Assembly: GCA_049840735.1 (NCBI GenBank)
Contig: JASGJN010000022.1
Location: 608,001-672,000 of the forward strand
Origin: Anaeromyxobacter sp.
Lineage (GTDB): Bacteria; Myxococcota; Myxococcia; Myxococcales; Anaeromyxobacteraceae
Direction: 5' to 3'
Length of the DNA stretch: 64,000 bases
The translations under genes and the position numbers were made by a program. Below, one piece after another: positions 42,185-52,512 of the stretch. The notes under the pieces are model-generated. The model saw only the letters and a list, made by a program, of their open reading frames with translations. It ran no database searches and had not been told where the DNA came from. How positions within the stretch are numbered: position 1 is the first letter of the stretch; every line of letters starts with the position of its first letter.

Positions 42185-42821
42185 ATGGCCGAAGACGGCG
42201 AGAGCAGGCGACCAGCGCTGCGGGTGGTGCCGGGTGGCGCCACCCCGGCGAGGCGCGAGGAGGAGGCGCTCCTGGCGGCCTTCCTGGTCGGCGACGACGA
42301 GGCCTTCGGGGCCCTGGTCCGGCGCCACCAGGGGCTCTGCCTGGCCATCGTGCGGCGCTACGCCAGCAGCCCGGAGGACGCCCGCGATCTCCTGTCAGCG
42401 CGCCTTCCTCCGCGCCTTCGAGCACGCGCGCCGCGCGCTGCGCCGCACGCCCCGGGAGCCCATCCCCTTCCGGCGCTGGCTCATCCGCATCGCGGTCAAC
42501 CTGGCCCGCAACCACCGCCGCGACGCGGCCCGCTTCCGCCCGGCGCCGCTGGAGGCGCTGGAGGGCACCGCCTCCGTCGCCGCGCCCGGGCTGGCCGCGC
42601 CGGAGCGGCTGGAGCGCGAGGAGCGCGAGGCCCGGGTCCGCGCCGCCGTGGCCGCGCTGCCCCGCCGCCAGCGCGAGGTGCTGACCCTCCGCGTGGACGG
42701 GGAGCTCCCGTTCGCCGACATCGCCGAGGCGCTCGGCATCACCGAGAACGCCGCCCGCGTGAACTTCCACCACGCCGCCCGGCGCCTGCGCGAGCAGGTG
42801 CTCGAGGAGGAGCAGCCGTGA
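42185..42821 (+). CDS. ECF sigma-70 family sigma factor (frameshift near 42390)
   Basis: GD.EAF..LV.RH; A.D..Q.AFL; F..WL.RIAVN..RNH; LP.RQREVL..DIAEALG. Confidence 0.9.
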
Positions 42822-43347
42822 CCCCCGGGAACGCCGCCTGCCGCGACGTCGAGCAGCTCCTCTCCCTCCGCGCCGCCCGCGCCCTCGATCCGGCCGGGAC
42901 GGCCCGCCTGGACGCCCACCTGGCCGGCTGCCCGGCCTGCCAGGACGAGGCCCGCGCGCTGGAGGCGCTGCTCGGCCTGGTGAAGCTCCCGCCGCCCTCC
43001 GAGGCCGAGCGCCGCGTCCTGGCCGACCTGCCCGCCCGCGCGCTGGCCGAGATCCACCGCCGCGACCGCCGCGCCGGCCTGGTGAAGCGCTGGGCGCTGG
43101 CGGCCGGCCTGGCAGCGGCCGTGGTGCTGGCGGTGCTGGCGCCGGTGTTCCTGCGCCACGCGCCCACGGTGACGCCGGAGGAGCTGGCCGCCGCGCAGCC
43201 GGCGCCGCCCGCCTGGCAGGAGCCCGATTGGACTCGATTTGGGACGACACGCAGGTCCTGGAGTGGGATGCCGCCGCGAGCAGCGGCGACGCGGCGACCG
43301 GCGCCGACACGGTGCTGGCCGTCTATGACGTGGGGGTGGGCAACTAG
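42818..43347 (+). CDS. zf-HC2 (ZAS) anti-sigma factor with TM helix (frameshift near 43229)
   Basis: C..HLAGCPAC (HxxxCxxC), then a TM helix; GTGA overlap with the sigma stop. Confidence 0.8.
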
Positions 43348-43381
43348 GCCCGCCCCTTCACCGACAGGAAAGGAAGAGGAC

Positions 43382-44057
43382 ATGAGGAGCTTCCTCATCG
43401 CGCTGATGCTCTGCCCGCTGGCGGCGCTGGCCCAGGGCCAGCCGCCGCAGGCCCCCGCCCCGAAGCCGGGGGACGCGCCGACCGCCCGGCTTCACCAGAA
43501 GGACCCCGAGCAGGCGGAGAAGCGGATGCGGCTGGCCCGCACGCTGGGCCTGGCCGAGGCGCTCGACCTCGACACCGCCCAGGCGCTCAAGATGGGCGAC
43601 ACGCTGGAGAAGTACGACGCCCGCCGCAAGGCGGTCCGGCAGCAGGCGGCCGAGGCGCGCGACGCGCTCCGCCGCGCCGCCCGCGGCGAGAAGGCCGCGC
43701 CGGCCGACGTTGACAACGCCATCAAGTCGCTGCTGGCCGCGCGCGACCAGCTGACCGCCATCGACAAGGAGATGCTGGGGGCGATCACCAAGGACCTGAC
43801 CCCGGAGAAGAAGGCCCGCGCGGCGCTCTTCCTGGGCAGCTTCCGGGATCGCATCGAGAAGCGCGTGGTCCGCATGGGCCCGGGCGGCCCGATGGGTCTC
43901 GGGGATCGGGCCGGGCGGCCCGGGCATGCGGCACGGCATGGGCCAGGGCGGCATGCAGATCGAGCGCCGGGTCGCCGCGGGCGGCCCGGACGGCGACGAC
44001 GACCAGCTCGCGGTGTGCATGGACGGGGACTGCCCGTTCGACGACGACGAGCCGTAG
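43382..44057 (+). CDS. Spy/CpxP-like periplasmic helical protein (frameshift near 43898)
   Basis: Strong RBS, signal peptide, LAEALDLD..Q, LTPEKKAR, G/M-rich tail. Confidence 0.6.
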
Positions 44058-44069
44058 CCGGGTCGTCCC

Positions 44070-44148
44070 CCGTTCATCCTTCGACTCCGCGCCCCGGCGT
44101 GTCGCGCTCCCAGCGCGATGCCCGGGGCGCTACGCTCAGGACGAACGG
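44070..44148. repeat. REP-like palindromic element, copy 2
   Basis: ccgttcatccttcgactccg-[hairpin]-ctacgctcaggacgaacgg. Confidence 0.8.
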
Positions 44149-44253
44149 GTGGGTCCCGCGATCAGCCCGGACTGTCGGGGCGCCCACGGTCAGGCGAACG
44201 GATTCCTGCGCGGTTGTGCAGCCACCCCAGGCCGGGGTTAGACTCGCCGCCGT

Positions 44254-45051
44254 ATGCCCGCCCCCTCCGGCCCGCGGCTCGCGGTGGTGACCGGCGCCTC
44301 CGCCGGGATCGGACTGGCCCTCGCGCAGCTCATCTCGCGCGAGGGCCGTCCCGTCCTGGCCGTGGCCCGGCGGGCGGAGCGGCTGGAGGCGCTGGCGGAC
44401 GAGGCCCGGCGGCTGGGGTACGCGCCCATCACCCCGCTCGCCGAGGACGTGACCGCCCCGGGCGCGCCAGCCCGGATCGCCGCGGCGGCGGCCGCCCAGG
44501 GGGGCGCCGCCTGGCTGGTCAACAACGCCGGGTTCGGCGTCTACGGCCGCTTCGAGGGCTCGGATCCGGAGCGGGTCGCGGCCATGCTCCGCACCAACTG
44601 CGAGGCGCTGGTGCTGCTCACCCACGCCTTCCTGCCCGCGCTCCGGGGGGCGCCGGACGCCTTCGTGCTCAACGTGGCCTCCGCCGCCGCCTTCCAGCCC
44701 ACGCCGTACATGACGGCCTACGGCGCCACCAAGGCCTTCGTCCTCTCCTTCACCGAGGGGCTGGCCGAGGAGCTGCGGGGCGCCGGGGTGGGCGTCGGGG
44801 CCTTCTGCCCCGGTCCGGTGGCCACCGAGTTCGGGCGGGTGGCCGGCACCGGCGAGCGCTTCGGCACGCCCCCGGGGATGCTGGACGCGGCCCAGGCCGC
44901 CCGGCAGGCCCTGGCGCAGCTGCACCGGCGGGAGGTGGTGCGCGTGCCGCATCCGATCTACAAGCTGACGGCGGCGGTCTCGCGGCTCCTCCCCCGGGCC
45001 GTGCTCCGCCGCGTGTCCGGCCGGCTCCACCGGCCGACGGAGGGCGCATGA
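44254..45051 (+). CDS. SDR-family oxidoreductase
   Basis: VTGASAGIG, NNAG, YGATK. Confidence 0.93.
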   Translation: MPAPSGPRLAVVTGASAGIGLALAQLISREGRPVLAVARRAERLEALADEARRLGYAPITPLAEDVTAPGAPARIAAAAAAQGGAAWLVNNAGFGVYGRFEGSDPERVAAMLRTNCEALVLLTHAFLPALRGAPDAFVLNVASAAAFQPTPYMTAYGATKAFVLSFTEGLAEELRGAGVGVGAFCPGPVATEFGRVAGTGERFGTPPGMLDAAQAARQALAQLHRREVVRVPHPIYKLTAAVSRLLPRAVLRRVSGRLHRPTEGA

Positions 45052-45845
45052 GCCGCAGGCGTGGTGGTGGCAAGGATCCGGAGCCGTCCGGTGGCGTCCC
45101 CGCGGTCTACGAGGGGCCGGAGGTGCTCTCCGCGCTGCTGGAGCGGGCGGGCTCGCCCAGCACCACCGAGGAGGTGGTGGCCATCTTCACCCGCGCCCAG
45201 AAGGCGGGCGAGCCGCGGGCGGCGATCATCCCCACGCTGTTCCCGGCGGAGCCGCGCTTCACCACGCCGGAGGACGCGCGCCGGCTCTACGGCAACCTGT
45301 TCGGCCTCTGGGCGCGGCTGGCCTCCGGGCTGGGTGCCCACGACGACGCGCCGGAGGTGGTGGACGAGCCGGCCGCGCCGCCCGAGCTGCCGGAGCGCGG
45401 CAGCCAGCGCGGCGACACGCTCGCGCCGGAGGTGGTGGAGGCGGTCTGGAAGCACCTGGCCGCGTCCCCGCCGCGCGAGGTGCAGCGCCGGCGCGACCGG
45501 TTCGTCAACGCGCAGCCCGACCTCATCGCCTGGCTGGAGGGGGCGCCGCTGCCCGAGGTGGGCGGGGTGGCGGCCCACGACCTGGCCTTCGAGGCCTGGG
45601 CCATGTTCGACCAGGCCTTCGGCGAGCGGCTGCGCACCGTGGAGTACCGCGACCTCCGCTCACTCGAGGCCGAGCCCCCGCCGCTGGGCGAGCTCCAGCC
45701 GGCGCTGGCGGCCTACGTGGCCGAGCAGCTGGACACCATGGCCGACGAGAACCCGCCGCTGGGGCCGGAGGACCGGGCCCAGCTCGAGCGCGCGCTCGCC
45801 GCGGTAGGTGCGGCGCTCACCGGCGCGGTCGTCGAACCGTCGTAG
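45048..45845 (+). CDS. Hypothetical protein
   Basis: ATGA overlap with the SDR stop, GC3-biased codons; LYGNLFGLW, QPDL, QPAL. Confidence 0.75.
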   Translation: MSRRRGGGKDPEPSGGVPAVYEGPEVLSALLERAGSPSTTEEVVAIFTRAQKAGEPRAAIIPTLFPAEPRFTTPEDARRLYGNLFGLWARLASGLGAHDDAPEVVDEPAAPPELPERGSQRGDTLAPEVVEAVWKHLAASPPREVQRRRDRFVNAQPDLIAWLEGAPLPEVGGVAAHDLAFEAWAMFDQAFGERLRTVEYRDLRSLEAEPPPLGELQPALAAYVAEQLDTMADENPPLGPEDRAQLERALAAVGAALTGAVVEPS

Positions 45846-45944
45846 TCGCCGGGTGGGGTTTGGCGGTAGCATCCAGGGTCGAGGGAGTTCGCTCCCGGTC
45901 ACATCGCCCGGGAGCGCCGTCCGCCCGCAGGAGTCGCCCGCGCC

Positions 45945-47114
45945 ATGCTCAACATCGCCCTGTTCGGTCCACCCGGAGCCGGGAAGGGGACGCAGTCCGA
46001 GTTCCTCATCAAGCGGTACAACCTCTTCTACATCTCCACCGGCGACCTGCTGCGGAAGGAGATCGCGCAGAGGTCGCGGCTGGGCCTGGAGGCCCAGAGC
46101 ATCATCGCCAGCGGCGGGCTGGTCTCGGACGAGATCATCGTCCAGATCATCGAGAAGACCATCACCGAGAACACCAGCTGCAACGGGTTCCTCTTCGACG
46201 GCTTCCCGCGCACCTACATCCAGGCCTACATCCTGGAAGGCCTGATGGAGAAGCTGCACACGCAGCTCAACTGCCTCATCAGCCTGGACGTGCCGGAGGA
46301 GGTCTCGGTGCAGCGCCTCCTGGAGCGCGGCAAGACCTCCGGGCGCAGCGACGACAACGAGGCGGTCATCCGCAACCGCCTGCGCGAGTACAACCAGAAG
46401 ACGCGCCCTGTGCTGCAGTTCTACAAGGACCGCGGCATGTACGCCGAGGTGGACGGCGCGGCCAGCATCGAGGAGGTGAACGAGCAGATCACCCGCATCA
46501 TCGGGGCCGAGCTCTCCAAGCGGCTCTTCAACGTGGTGCTGTTCGGCTACCCGGGCTCTGGGCGCGGCTCGCAGGGCAAGGCCATCGCGAAGAAGTACGG
46601 CCTCGAGTACCTGGCCACCGGCGCCATGCTGGAGCACGAGATCCGCGAGGGCACCGAGGCCGGCAGGAAGATCGCCGCGCTCTACGAGAGCGGCCAGCTG
46701 GTGCCGGACGACATCGTGGTGCCGCTCATCGAGAAGAAGCTGGCCACCTGCAAGGGCGTGAACGGCTTCGTCTTCAAGGGCTTCCCGCGCACGCTGGTCC
46801 AGTCCTACATCCTCGACGGCCTGCTCAAGAAGCACCGCTCCTCCATCTCGCGCATCATCGAGCTGGAGGTGCCGACCCTGGAGCTGATCCGGCGGCTGGA
46901 CGAGCGCTCCAAGACGCCGGCCTGCATGCCCTACGACACCAGCACCTCCAAGATCGTCAACCGCCTGCGCGAGCATGAGGCCAAGACGGTGCCGGTGATC
47001 GAGAAGTACAACCAGGGCCACGCGGTCACGAAGATCGACGGCACGGGCACGTTCGACGAGGTGTTCGGGCGGACGTCGGTGGCCATCGAGGAGGGGCTGC
47101 GGACGATGCGGTAG
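45945..47114 (+). CDS. adk: Adenylate kinase, tandem two-domain form (paralog 1)
   Basis: Domain 1: GPPGAGKGTQ, STGDLLR, DGFPR, RSDD. Domain 2: GYPGSGRGSQ, KGFPR. Confidence 0.9.
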   Translation: MLNIALFGPPGAGKGTQSEFLIKRYNLFYISTGDLLRKEIAQRSRLGLEAQSIIASGGLVSDEIIVQIIEKTITENTSCNGFLFDGFPRTYIQAYILEGLMEKLHTQLNCLISLDVPEEVSVQRLLERGKTSGRSDDNEAVIRNRLREYNQKTRPVLQFYKDRGMYAEVDGAASIEEVNEQITRIIGAELSKRLFNVVLFGYPGSGRGSQGKAIAKKYGLEYLATGAMLEHEIREGTEAGRKIAALYESGQLVPDDIVVPLIEKKLATCKGVNGFVFKGFPRTLVQSYILDGLLKKHRSSISRIIELEVPTLELIRRLDERSKTPACMPYDTSTSKIVNRLREHEAKTVPVIEKYNQGHAVTKIDGTGTFDEVFGRTSVAIEEGLRTMR

Positions 47115-47217
47115 TTCCCCTCGCTGCGACCCGGTTTCGCCCGCCGGGAGCCTCCCGGGCGGGGCAGAGCGCTGCGACTGATTGCCGCATCGGGGTACAA
47201 CGGGCTAGTTTGCCGAA

Positions 47218-48384
47218 ATGCTCAACATCGCGCTCTTTGGTCCGCCGGGCGCCGGCAAGGGGACTCAGTCCGAGTACCTCATCAAGCGCTACAACCTGTT
47301 CTACATCTCCACCGGCGACCTGCTCCGGAAGGAGATGTCCGAGAAGACGAAGCTCGGGCTCGAGGCGCAGAGCGTCATCGCCCAGGGTGGCCTGGTCTCG
47401 GACGAGATCATCGTCCAGATCATCGAGAAGACCATCACCGAGAACACCAGCAGCGACGGCTTCCTCTTCGACGGCTTCCCGAGGACCTACGTCCAGGCCT
47501 ACATCCTCGAGGGCCTGATGCTGAAGCTGAACACCTCGCTCCACCGGCTCATCAGCCTGACCCTGCCGGAGGAGCTGGCGGTGCAGCGCCTGGTCTCGCG
47601 CGGCAGGACCTCGGGCCGGAGCGACGACAACGAGCAGGTCATCCGCAACCGGCTCCGCGAGTACAACCAGAAGACGCGGCCGGTGCTCAACTTCTACCGG
47701 GCCAAGGGGATGGTCTCCGAGGTGGACGGCAGCGAGGGCGTCGACGACGTCCGCGAGCAGATCACCCAGATCATCGGCGCCGAGCTCTCGCGGCGGCTCT
47801 TCAACGTGGTGCTGTTCGGGCCGCCGGGCTCGGGGCGCGGCTCGCAGGGCAAGGCCATCGCCAGCAAGTTCGGCCTGCAGTACCTGGGCTGCGGCGCCAT
47901 GCTGGAGGACGAGATCCAGCGCGGCACCGAGCTGGGCAAGAAGATGCTGCCCTTCTTCCAGAGCGGCCAGCTGGTGCCGGACGAGATCGTGGTGCCGCTC
48001 ATCGAGCGGAAGCTGGAGCAGACCCGCGGCGTGAAGGGGTTCGTGTTCAAGGGCTTCCCGCGCACGCTGGTCCAGTCCTACATCCTGGACGGTTTGCTCA
48101 AGAAGCACGGCGCGTCGATCAACAAGATCATCGAGCTGCAGCTCCCGACGCTGGAGCTGGTCCGCCGGCTGGACGAGCGGAGCAAGAGGAAGGCGAAGCC
48201 CTTCGACGCCTCCACCACCATGATCGTGAACCGGCTCACCGAGCACGAGCTCAAGACCATGCCGGTGATCGAGAAGTACGCCCAGCGCCACGGCGTGACC
48301 AAGATCGACGGCACGGGCACGTTCGACCAGGTCTTCGACCGCGTGGCGGTGGCGATCGAGGAGGGGCTGCGGAGCATGCGGTAG
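47218..48384 (+). CDS. adk: Adenylate kinase, tandem two-domain form (paralog 2)
   Basis: Same architecture, highly similar to paralog 1. Confidence 0.9.
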   Translation: MLNIALFGPPGAGKGTQSEYLIKRYNLFYISTGDLLRKEMSEKTKLGLEAQSVIAQGGLVSDEIIVQIIEKTITENTSSDGFLFDGFPRTYVQAYILEGLMLKLNTSLHRLISLTLPEELAVQRLVSRGRTSGRSDDNEQVIRNRLREYNQKTRPVLNFYRAKGMVSEVDGSEGVDDVREQITQIIGAELSRRLFNVVLFGPPGSGRGSQGKAIASKFGLQYLGCGAMLEDEIQRGTELGKKMLPFFQSGQLVPDEIVVPLIERKLEQTRGVKGFVFKGFPRTLVQSYILDGLLKKHGASINKIIELQLPTLELVRRLDERSKRKAKPFDASTTMIVNRLTEHELKTMPVIEKYAQRHGVTKIDGTGTFDQVFDRVAVAIEEGLRSMR

Positions 48385-48389
48385 GGGCC

Positions 48390-48732
48390 CCTGGCCTTCG
48401 ACTCCGCGCCCGCTTCGCGGGCGCTACGCTCAGGCCGAACGGATCAAGCCCGGGCCGAACGGATCGAGCCCGGGCCGCCGAACGGATCGAGTCCGGGCCG
48501 AACGGATCGAGCCCGGGCCGAACGGATCAAGCCCAGGCCGAACGGATCGAGCCCGGGCCGAACGGATCAAGCCCCGGGCCGAGCGGATCGAGCCCGGGCC
48601 GCCGAACGGATCAAGCCCGGGCCGAACGGATCGAGCCCGGGCCGAACGGATCGAGCCCGGGCCGAACGGGCTGGCCCCCGTTCGGCCTGAGCGTAGCCGT
48701 CGCCTCGGGCGACGGCGGAGTCGAAGGCCAGG
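48390..48732. repeat. REP-like element, copy 3, with an internal 20-bp tandem array
   Basis: Terminal IR cctggccttcgactccg / cggagtcgaaggccagg. 11 units of ggccgaacggatc(a/g)agcccg plus a partial unit at 48433-48669. Confidence 0.9.
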
Positions 48733-48742
48733 GACCTGCCCG

Positions 48743-49534
48743 CTACGCCCCCAGCCCATCCACGAACGCGCCCAGCGCCGCGTTGAACGCGGCCGGCTGC
48801 TCGAGGTTGGAGAGGTGCCCGGCGCCGGGGATGCGGACCAGCTTCGCCCCCTTCGCCACCGCGGCCATCTTCTCGGCCTCGGCGGGCGGCGTGCCCTTGT
48901 CCTCCTCGCCCACCACGATCAGCACCGGGCAGGCCACGCCGGCCAGCGTGGCGGTCGAGTCCGGGCGGCGGGCCATGCCGCGCTGGGCGGCGGCGACGCC
49001 GGCGGGCGTGCCGGCGTGGACGAGGTGCCGGACCTCCTTCACCACCGCCGGGTCCGGCGCGGCCCGCAGCAGCTTCGGCACCATCTCGTCCGCCACCCAG
49101 CCCAACCCCTTCTCCAGCGCGGTGCGGGCGAAGGCCTCGCGGCCGGCGCGCGCCTCGTCGCCGTCGGCGGCCGCCTTGGTGTCGCAGAGCGCCAGCCCGC
49201 GGAAGAGGCCGGGCGCCTGCCGGTACAGCTCCAGCGCCACGTAGCCGCCCATCGACAGCCCGGCCACCGCGGCGCGCTCGAGGCGCAGGTGGCCCAGCAG
49301 CGCCCGCACGTCCTCGGCCACCAGCGCCATGTCCAGCACCTCGGGCGGCGTGGCGCTCCGGCCCAGCCCGCGGTAGTCGAGCGCGACCACCCGGTGCCGC
49401 CCCTGCAGCGCCCCCACCTGGCCGGCCCACATCCCGGAGTGGAGCGGGAAGGCGTGCAGCAGGAGCACGGCGTCCGCGCCCCGGCCGGCGTCGAGGAAGT
49501 GCAGCTCGGTTCCGTTGAGGTGCGCGACGGGCAT
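48743..49534 (-). CDS. Alpha/beta hydrolase (enol-lactonase-like)
   Basis: LLHAFP, GLSMGG, GEED, AGHLSNLE. Confidence 0.9.
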   Translation of the reverse strand: MPVAHLNGTELHFLDAGRGADAVLLLHAFPLHSGMWAGQVGALQGRHRVVALDYRGLGRSATPPEVLDMALVAEDVRALLGHLRLERAAVAGLSMGGYVALELYRQAPGLFRGLALCDTKAAADGDEARAGREAFARTALEKGLGWVADEMVPKLLRAAPDPAVVKEVRHLVHAGTPAGVAAAQRGMARRPDSTATLAGVACPVLIVVGEEDKGTPPAEAEKMAAVAKGAKLVRIPGAGHLSNLEQPAAFNAALGAFVDGLGA

Positions 49535-49681
49535 GCGCTGCGTTCTACCATCCGCCCGCTCCGCCGGCGGGCCCGGACGGGGTTCCGGCCCGTCCGCGCT
49601 GCGGCGAATCCCGCGGACCGGCCCGACCTTCCGCGTTATGACAGGTGCCCGGCCCGCAGGGGCCTCGGCACAGGGGATCGG

Positions 49682-51136
49682 ATGACCGGACAGGCACCAC
49701 AGGGCGGGCAGCGGGAAGGGGTGGGCTACTTCGCCCGCTTCGGCGTGACCGAGGCCATGATCGCCCAGACCCTCTCCGCGGCGCTCTCGCGCGGCGGGGA
49801 GCACGCCGACGTGTACTTCCAGCACCGCGTCGGCTCGGACCTCGGGCTGGAGGACGGCGCCGTCAACCGGGCCTACGCCTCGGTGGAGCTGGGCGTGGGC
49901 GTACGGGTGGTGAAAGGCGACCAGACCGGCTACGGCTACACCGAGGACCTCTCGCTCCCGGCGCTGCTGGAGTGCGCGCGCACCGCCGCGGCCATCGCCG
50001 ACGGCCCCTCGCGCCCCGGCCCCGCCCGCTTCCACGTGGGCGTGGACCTGCCCGACCGCTACCCGCTGGTCCGCCCCTGGGACCAGGTCCGCCCGGAGGA
50101 GAAGCTGCCGCTGGTGGCCGGCATCAACGAGCGCGCCTTCGCCGCCGACCCGCGCATCAAGAAGGTGAACGTCTTCCTGCGCGACGAGAGCGGGGCGGTG
50201 CTGATCGCCGACTCCTCCGGCCGCATCGTCGAGGACGCGCAGCCCATGACGCTGCTCTACGTCTCGGTGCTGGCCGAGCAGGGCAGCCGCCGCGAGCAGA
50301 ACGGTTACAACGTGGCCGGCCGCGCCGGGTTCGAGTTCTACACGCCGGACCGGCTGGACCGCGTGGTGCGCGAGGCGGTGGCCCGCACCACGGTGCTCTT
50401 CGAGGCCGGCCCGCCGCCGGCCGGCGAGATGCCGGTGGTGCTGGCGGCCGGGTCGTCCGGCATCCTGCTGCACGAGGCCATCGGCCACGGCATGGAGGCC
50501 GACTTCAACCGCAAGGGCGTGAGCATCTACGCCGACAGGATCGGCAAGCCCATCGCCAGGCCCTTCGTGAACATCGTGGACGACGCCGCCAACGCCGGCG
50601 CCCGCGGCGCCATCAACGTGGACGACGAGGGGAACGCGGCCGGCACCACGCGGCTGGTGGAGAACGGCGTGCTGGCCACCTACCTGCACGACGCCATCTC
50701 GGCCCGCCACTACGGCGTGACGCCCACCGGCAACGGCCGGCGCGAGAGCTACCGCCACCCGCCGCTGCCCCGCATGCGCTCCACCTACATGCTGCCCGGC
50801 CCGCACCGCACCGAGGAGATCATCGCCTCCGTGAAGAAGGGCATCTACTGCGCCAACTTCTCCAACGGCCAGGTCAACATCGGCGCCGGGGACTTCACGT
50901 TCTACGTGAAGAACGGCTTCCTCATCGAGGACGGGAAGCTCACGCGCCCGGTCAAGGACGTGAACATCATCGGCAACGGCCCCAAGGCGCTGGAAGAGGT
51001 GGACATGGTCTCGGACGACCTCGCCATCGACGAGGGCGGCTGGACCTGCGGCAAGGACGGGCAGAGCGTGCCGGTCTCGCAGGGCCTGCCCACGGTGCGC
51101 GTGGCGAAGATGACCGTCGGCGGGCGGGGGAGCTGA
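49682..51136 (+). CDS. tldD: TldD metalloprotease subunit
   Basis: LHEAIGHGMEAD, DDEG, TGNGRRESY, PRMRSTYM, CGKDGQSVPV. Confidence 0.93.
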   Translation: MTGQAPQGGQREGVGYFARFGVTEAMIAQTLSAALSRGGEHADVYFQHRVGSDLGLEDGAVNRAYASVELGVGVRVVKGDQTGYGYTEDLSLPALLECARTAAAIADGPSRPGPARFHVGVDLPDRYPLVRPWDQVRPEEKLPLVAGINERAFAADPRIKKVNVFLRDESGAVLIADSSGRIVEDAQPMTLLYVSVLAEQGSRREQNGYNVAGRAGFEFYTPDRLDRVVREAVARTTVLFEAGPPPAGEMPVVLAAGSSGILLHEAIGHGMEADFNRKGVSIYADRIGKPIARPFVNIVDDAANAGARGAINVDDEGNAAGTTRLVENGVLATYLHDAISARHYGVTPTGNGRRESYRHPPLPRMRSTYMLPGPHRTEEIIASVKKGIYCANFSNGQVNIGAGDFTFYVKNGFLIEDGKLTRPVKDVNIIGNGPKALEEVDMVSDDLAIDEGGWTCGKDGQSVPVSQGLPTVRVAKMTVGGRGS

Positions 51137-51137
51137 C

Positions 51138-52463
51138 ATGGCCGCGAGCCTGCTCGAGCTGTCCCGCCAGGCGGCGGCGCTGGCCCAGCGCAAGGGCGCC
51201 CAGGAGGCGGCGGCCGGCTGCTACTCGGCTCGCCACGTGGAGGTGGCCTGGCGCGACGGCCAACTGGAGAAGGTCACCGAGGCCACCACCCGCGGCCTGG
51301 GGCTGGACCTCTACGTGGACGGCCGCTACGCCTCGGTCTCCACCAGCGACCTGCGGCCGGACGCGCTGGAGCGCTTCGTGGAGGACGCGGTGGCCCTGGC
51401 CCGCCGCCTCTCCCCCGACCCGCACCGCCGCCTGCCCGACCCGGCGCTCTACGCCGGCCAGGCCGAGGTGGACCTCGACCTGGAGGACCGCGGCCACGCC
51501 GCGCTCGACGCCGAGGCGCGCCGCCGCGCGGCGCAGGTCATCGAGGCCTCGGCGCGGGCGGTGCCCGGCGCCGGCGCCATCCTCTCGGTCACCACCGGCG
51601 TCTCGGACAGCGTAGGGGAGAGCGCGCTGGTCCACACCAACGGCTTCGAGGGCAGCCGCCGCGCCACCGACTTCTGGATCTCCGCCGAGGTGACGGTGAA
51701 GGACCCGGACGGCCGCAGGCCCGAGGAGTACGCCTCCTCCGGCGCCCGCCACCGCGAGGATGTCGAGCCGCCGGAGGTGGTCGGGCGCCGCGCGGCCGAG
51801 CGGGCCCTGGCGCGCATCGGCTCGGTGAAGGAGAAGTCGGCGCTGGTGACGCTGGCGGTGGACGCGCGCGCCTCGGGGCGGCTCGCGGGCGCGCTCTTCG
51901 GCCCCCTGGCCGCCTCGTCGATCCAGCAGAAGCGCTCCTTCATGGAGGGCAAGGTCGGGCAGGCGCTGGGCAGCCCGCTGCTCGACATCCGCGACGAGCC
52001 GCTGGTGCGCCGCGGCCTGGCCTCGCGCCGCTACGACGGCGAGGGGATGGCGGCGCGCCCGTTCCCGGTCTTCGAGGCCGGCACGCTGCGGAACCTGTAC
52101 GTGGACTGCTACTACGGCCGGAAGTTGGGGCTCGCGCCCACCACCGGGCGCGCCTCCAACCTGGCCTGGAGGCTGGGCGACCGCTCGCCGGCCGAGCTGC
52201 TCTCCGCCATGGGCGAGGGCATCCTCGTGACCGGCTTCCTGGGCGGCAACTCCAACTCCACCACCGGTGACTTCTCGCTGGGCGTGCGCGGCTTCATGGT
52301 GCGCGGCGGGCAGCCCGCCGAGCCCATCGGCGAGATGAACGTCTCGGGCAATCACCTGGAGCTGTGGCGCCGGCTGGCGGCGGTGGGCAACGACCCCTAC
52401 CGCTACTCGGCCATGCGCACGCCCACGCTGGTGTTCGAGGGGGTGCAGATCGCCGGCACCTGA
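51138..52463 (+). CDS. pmbA: TldE/PmbA subunit
   Basis: YDGEG, PTTG, TGDFS, GN..E; directly follows tldD. Confidence 0.9.
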   Translation: MAASLLELSRQAAALAQRKGAQEAAAGCYSARHVEVAWRDGQLEKVTEATTRGLGLDLYVDGRYASVSTSDLRPDALERFVEDAVALARRLSPDPHRRLPDPALYAGQAEVDLDLEDRGHAALDAEARRRAAQVIEASARAVPGAGAILSVTTGVSDSVGESALVHTNGFEGSRRATDFWISAEVTVKDPDGRRPEEYASSGARHREDVEPPEVVGRRAAERALARIGSVKEKSALVTLAVDARASGRLAGALFGPLAASSIQQKRSFMEGKVGQALGSPLLDIRDEPLVRRGLASRRYDGEGMAARPFPVFEAGTLRNLYVDCYYGRKLGLAPTTGRASNLAWRLGDRSPAELLSAMGEGILVTGFLGGNSNSTTGDFSLGVRGFMVRGGQPAEPIGEMNVSGNHLELWRRLAAVGNDPYRYSAMRTPTLVFEGVQIAGT

Positions 52464-52512
52464 TCGGTCCATGGGTTTGCCAACGCGCGGCGTCGTCCAC
52501 ACTCCTTGTGTG

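Noticed and set aside
48433..48669. CRISPR array
   Set aside because: Units are head-to-tail with no unique spacers, no cas genes are present, and the array lies inside a REP-like element.
49551..49620. Third copy of the GGTCCGC operator upstream of tldD
   Set aside because: Only half-sites with different spacing; plausible by chance at this GC content.
49682..52463. RiPP (microcin-like) cluster around tldD/pmbA
   Set aside because: No precursor peptide, YcaO or other modification enzymes nearby.
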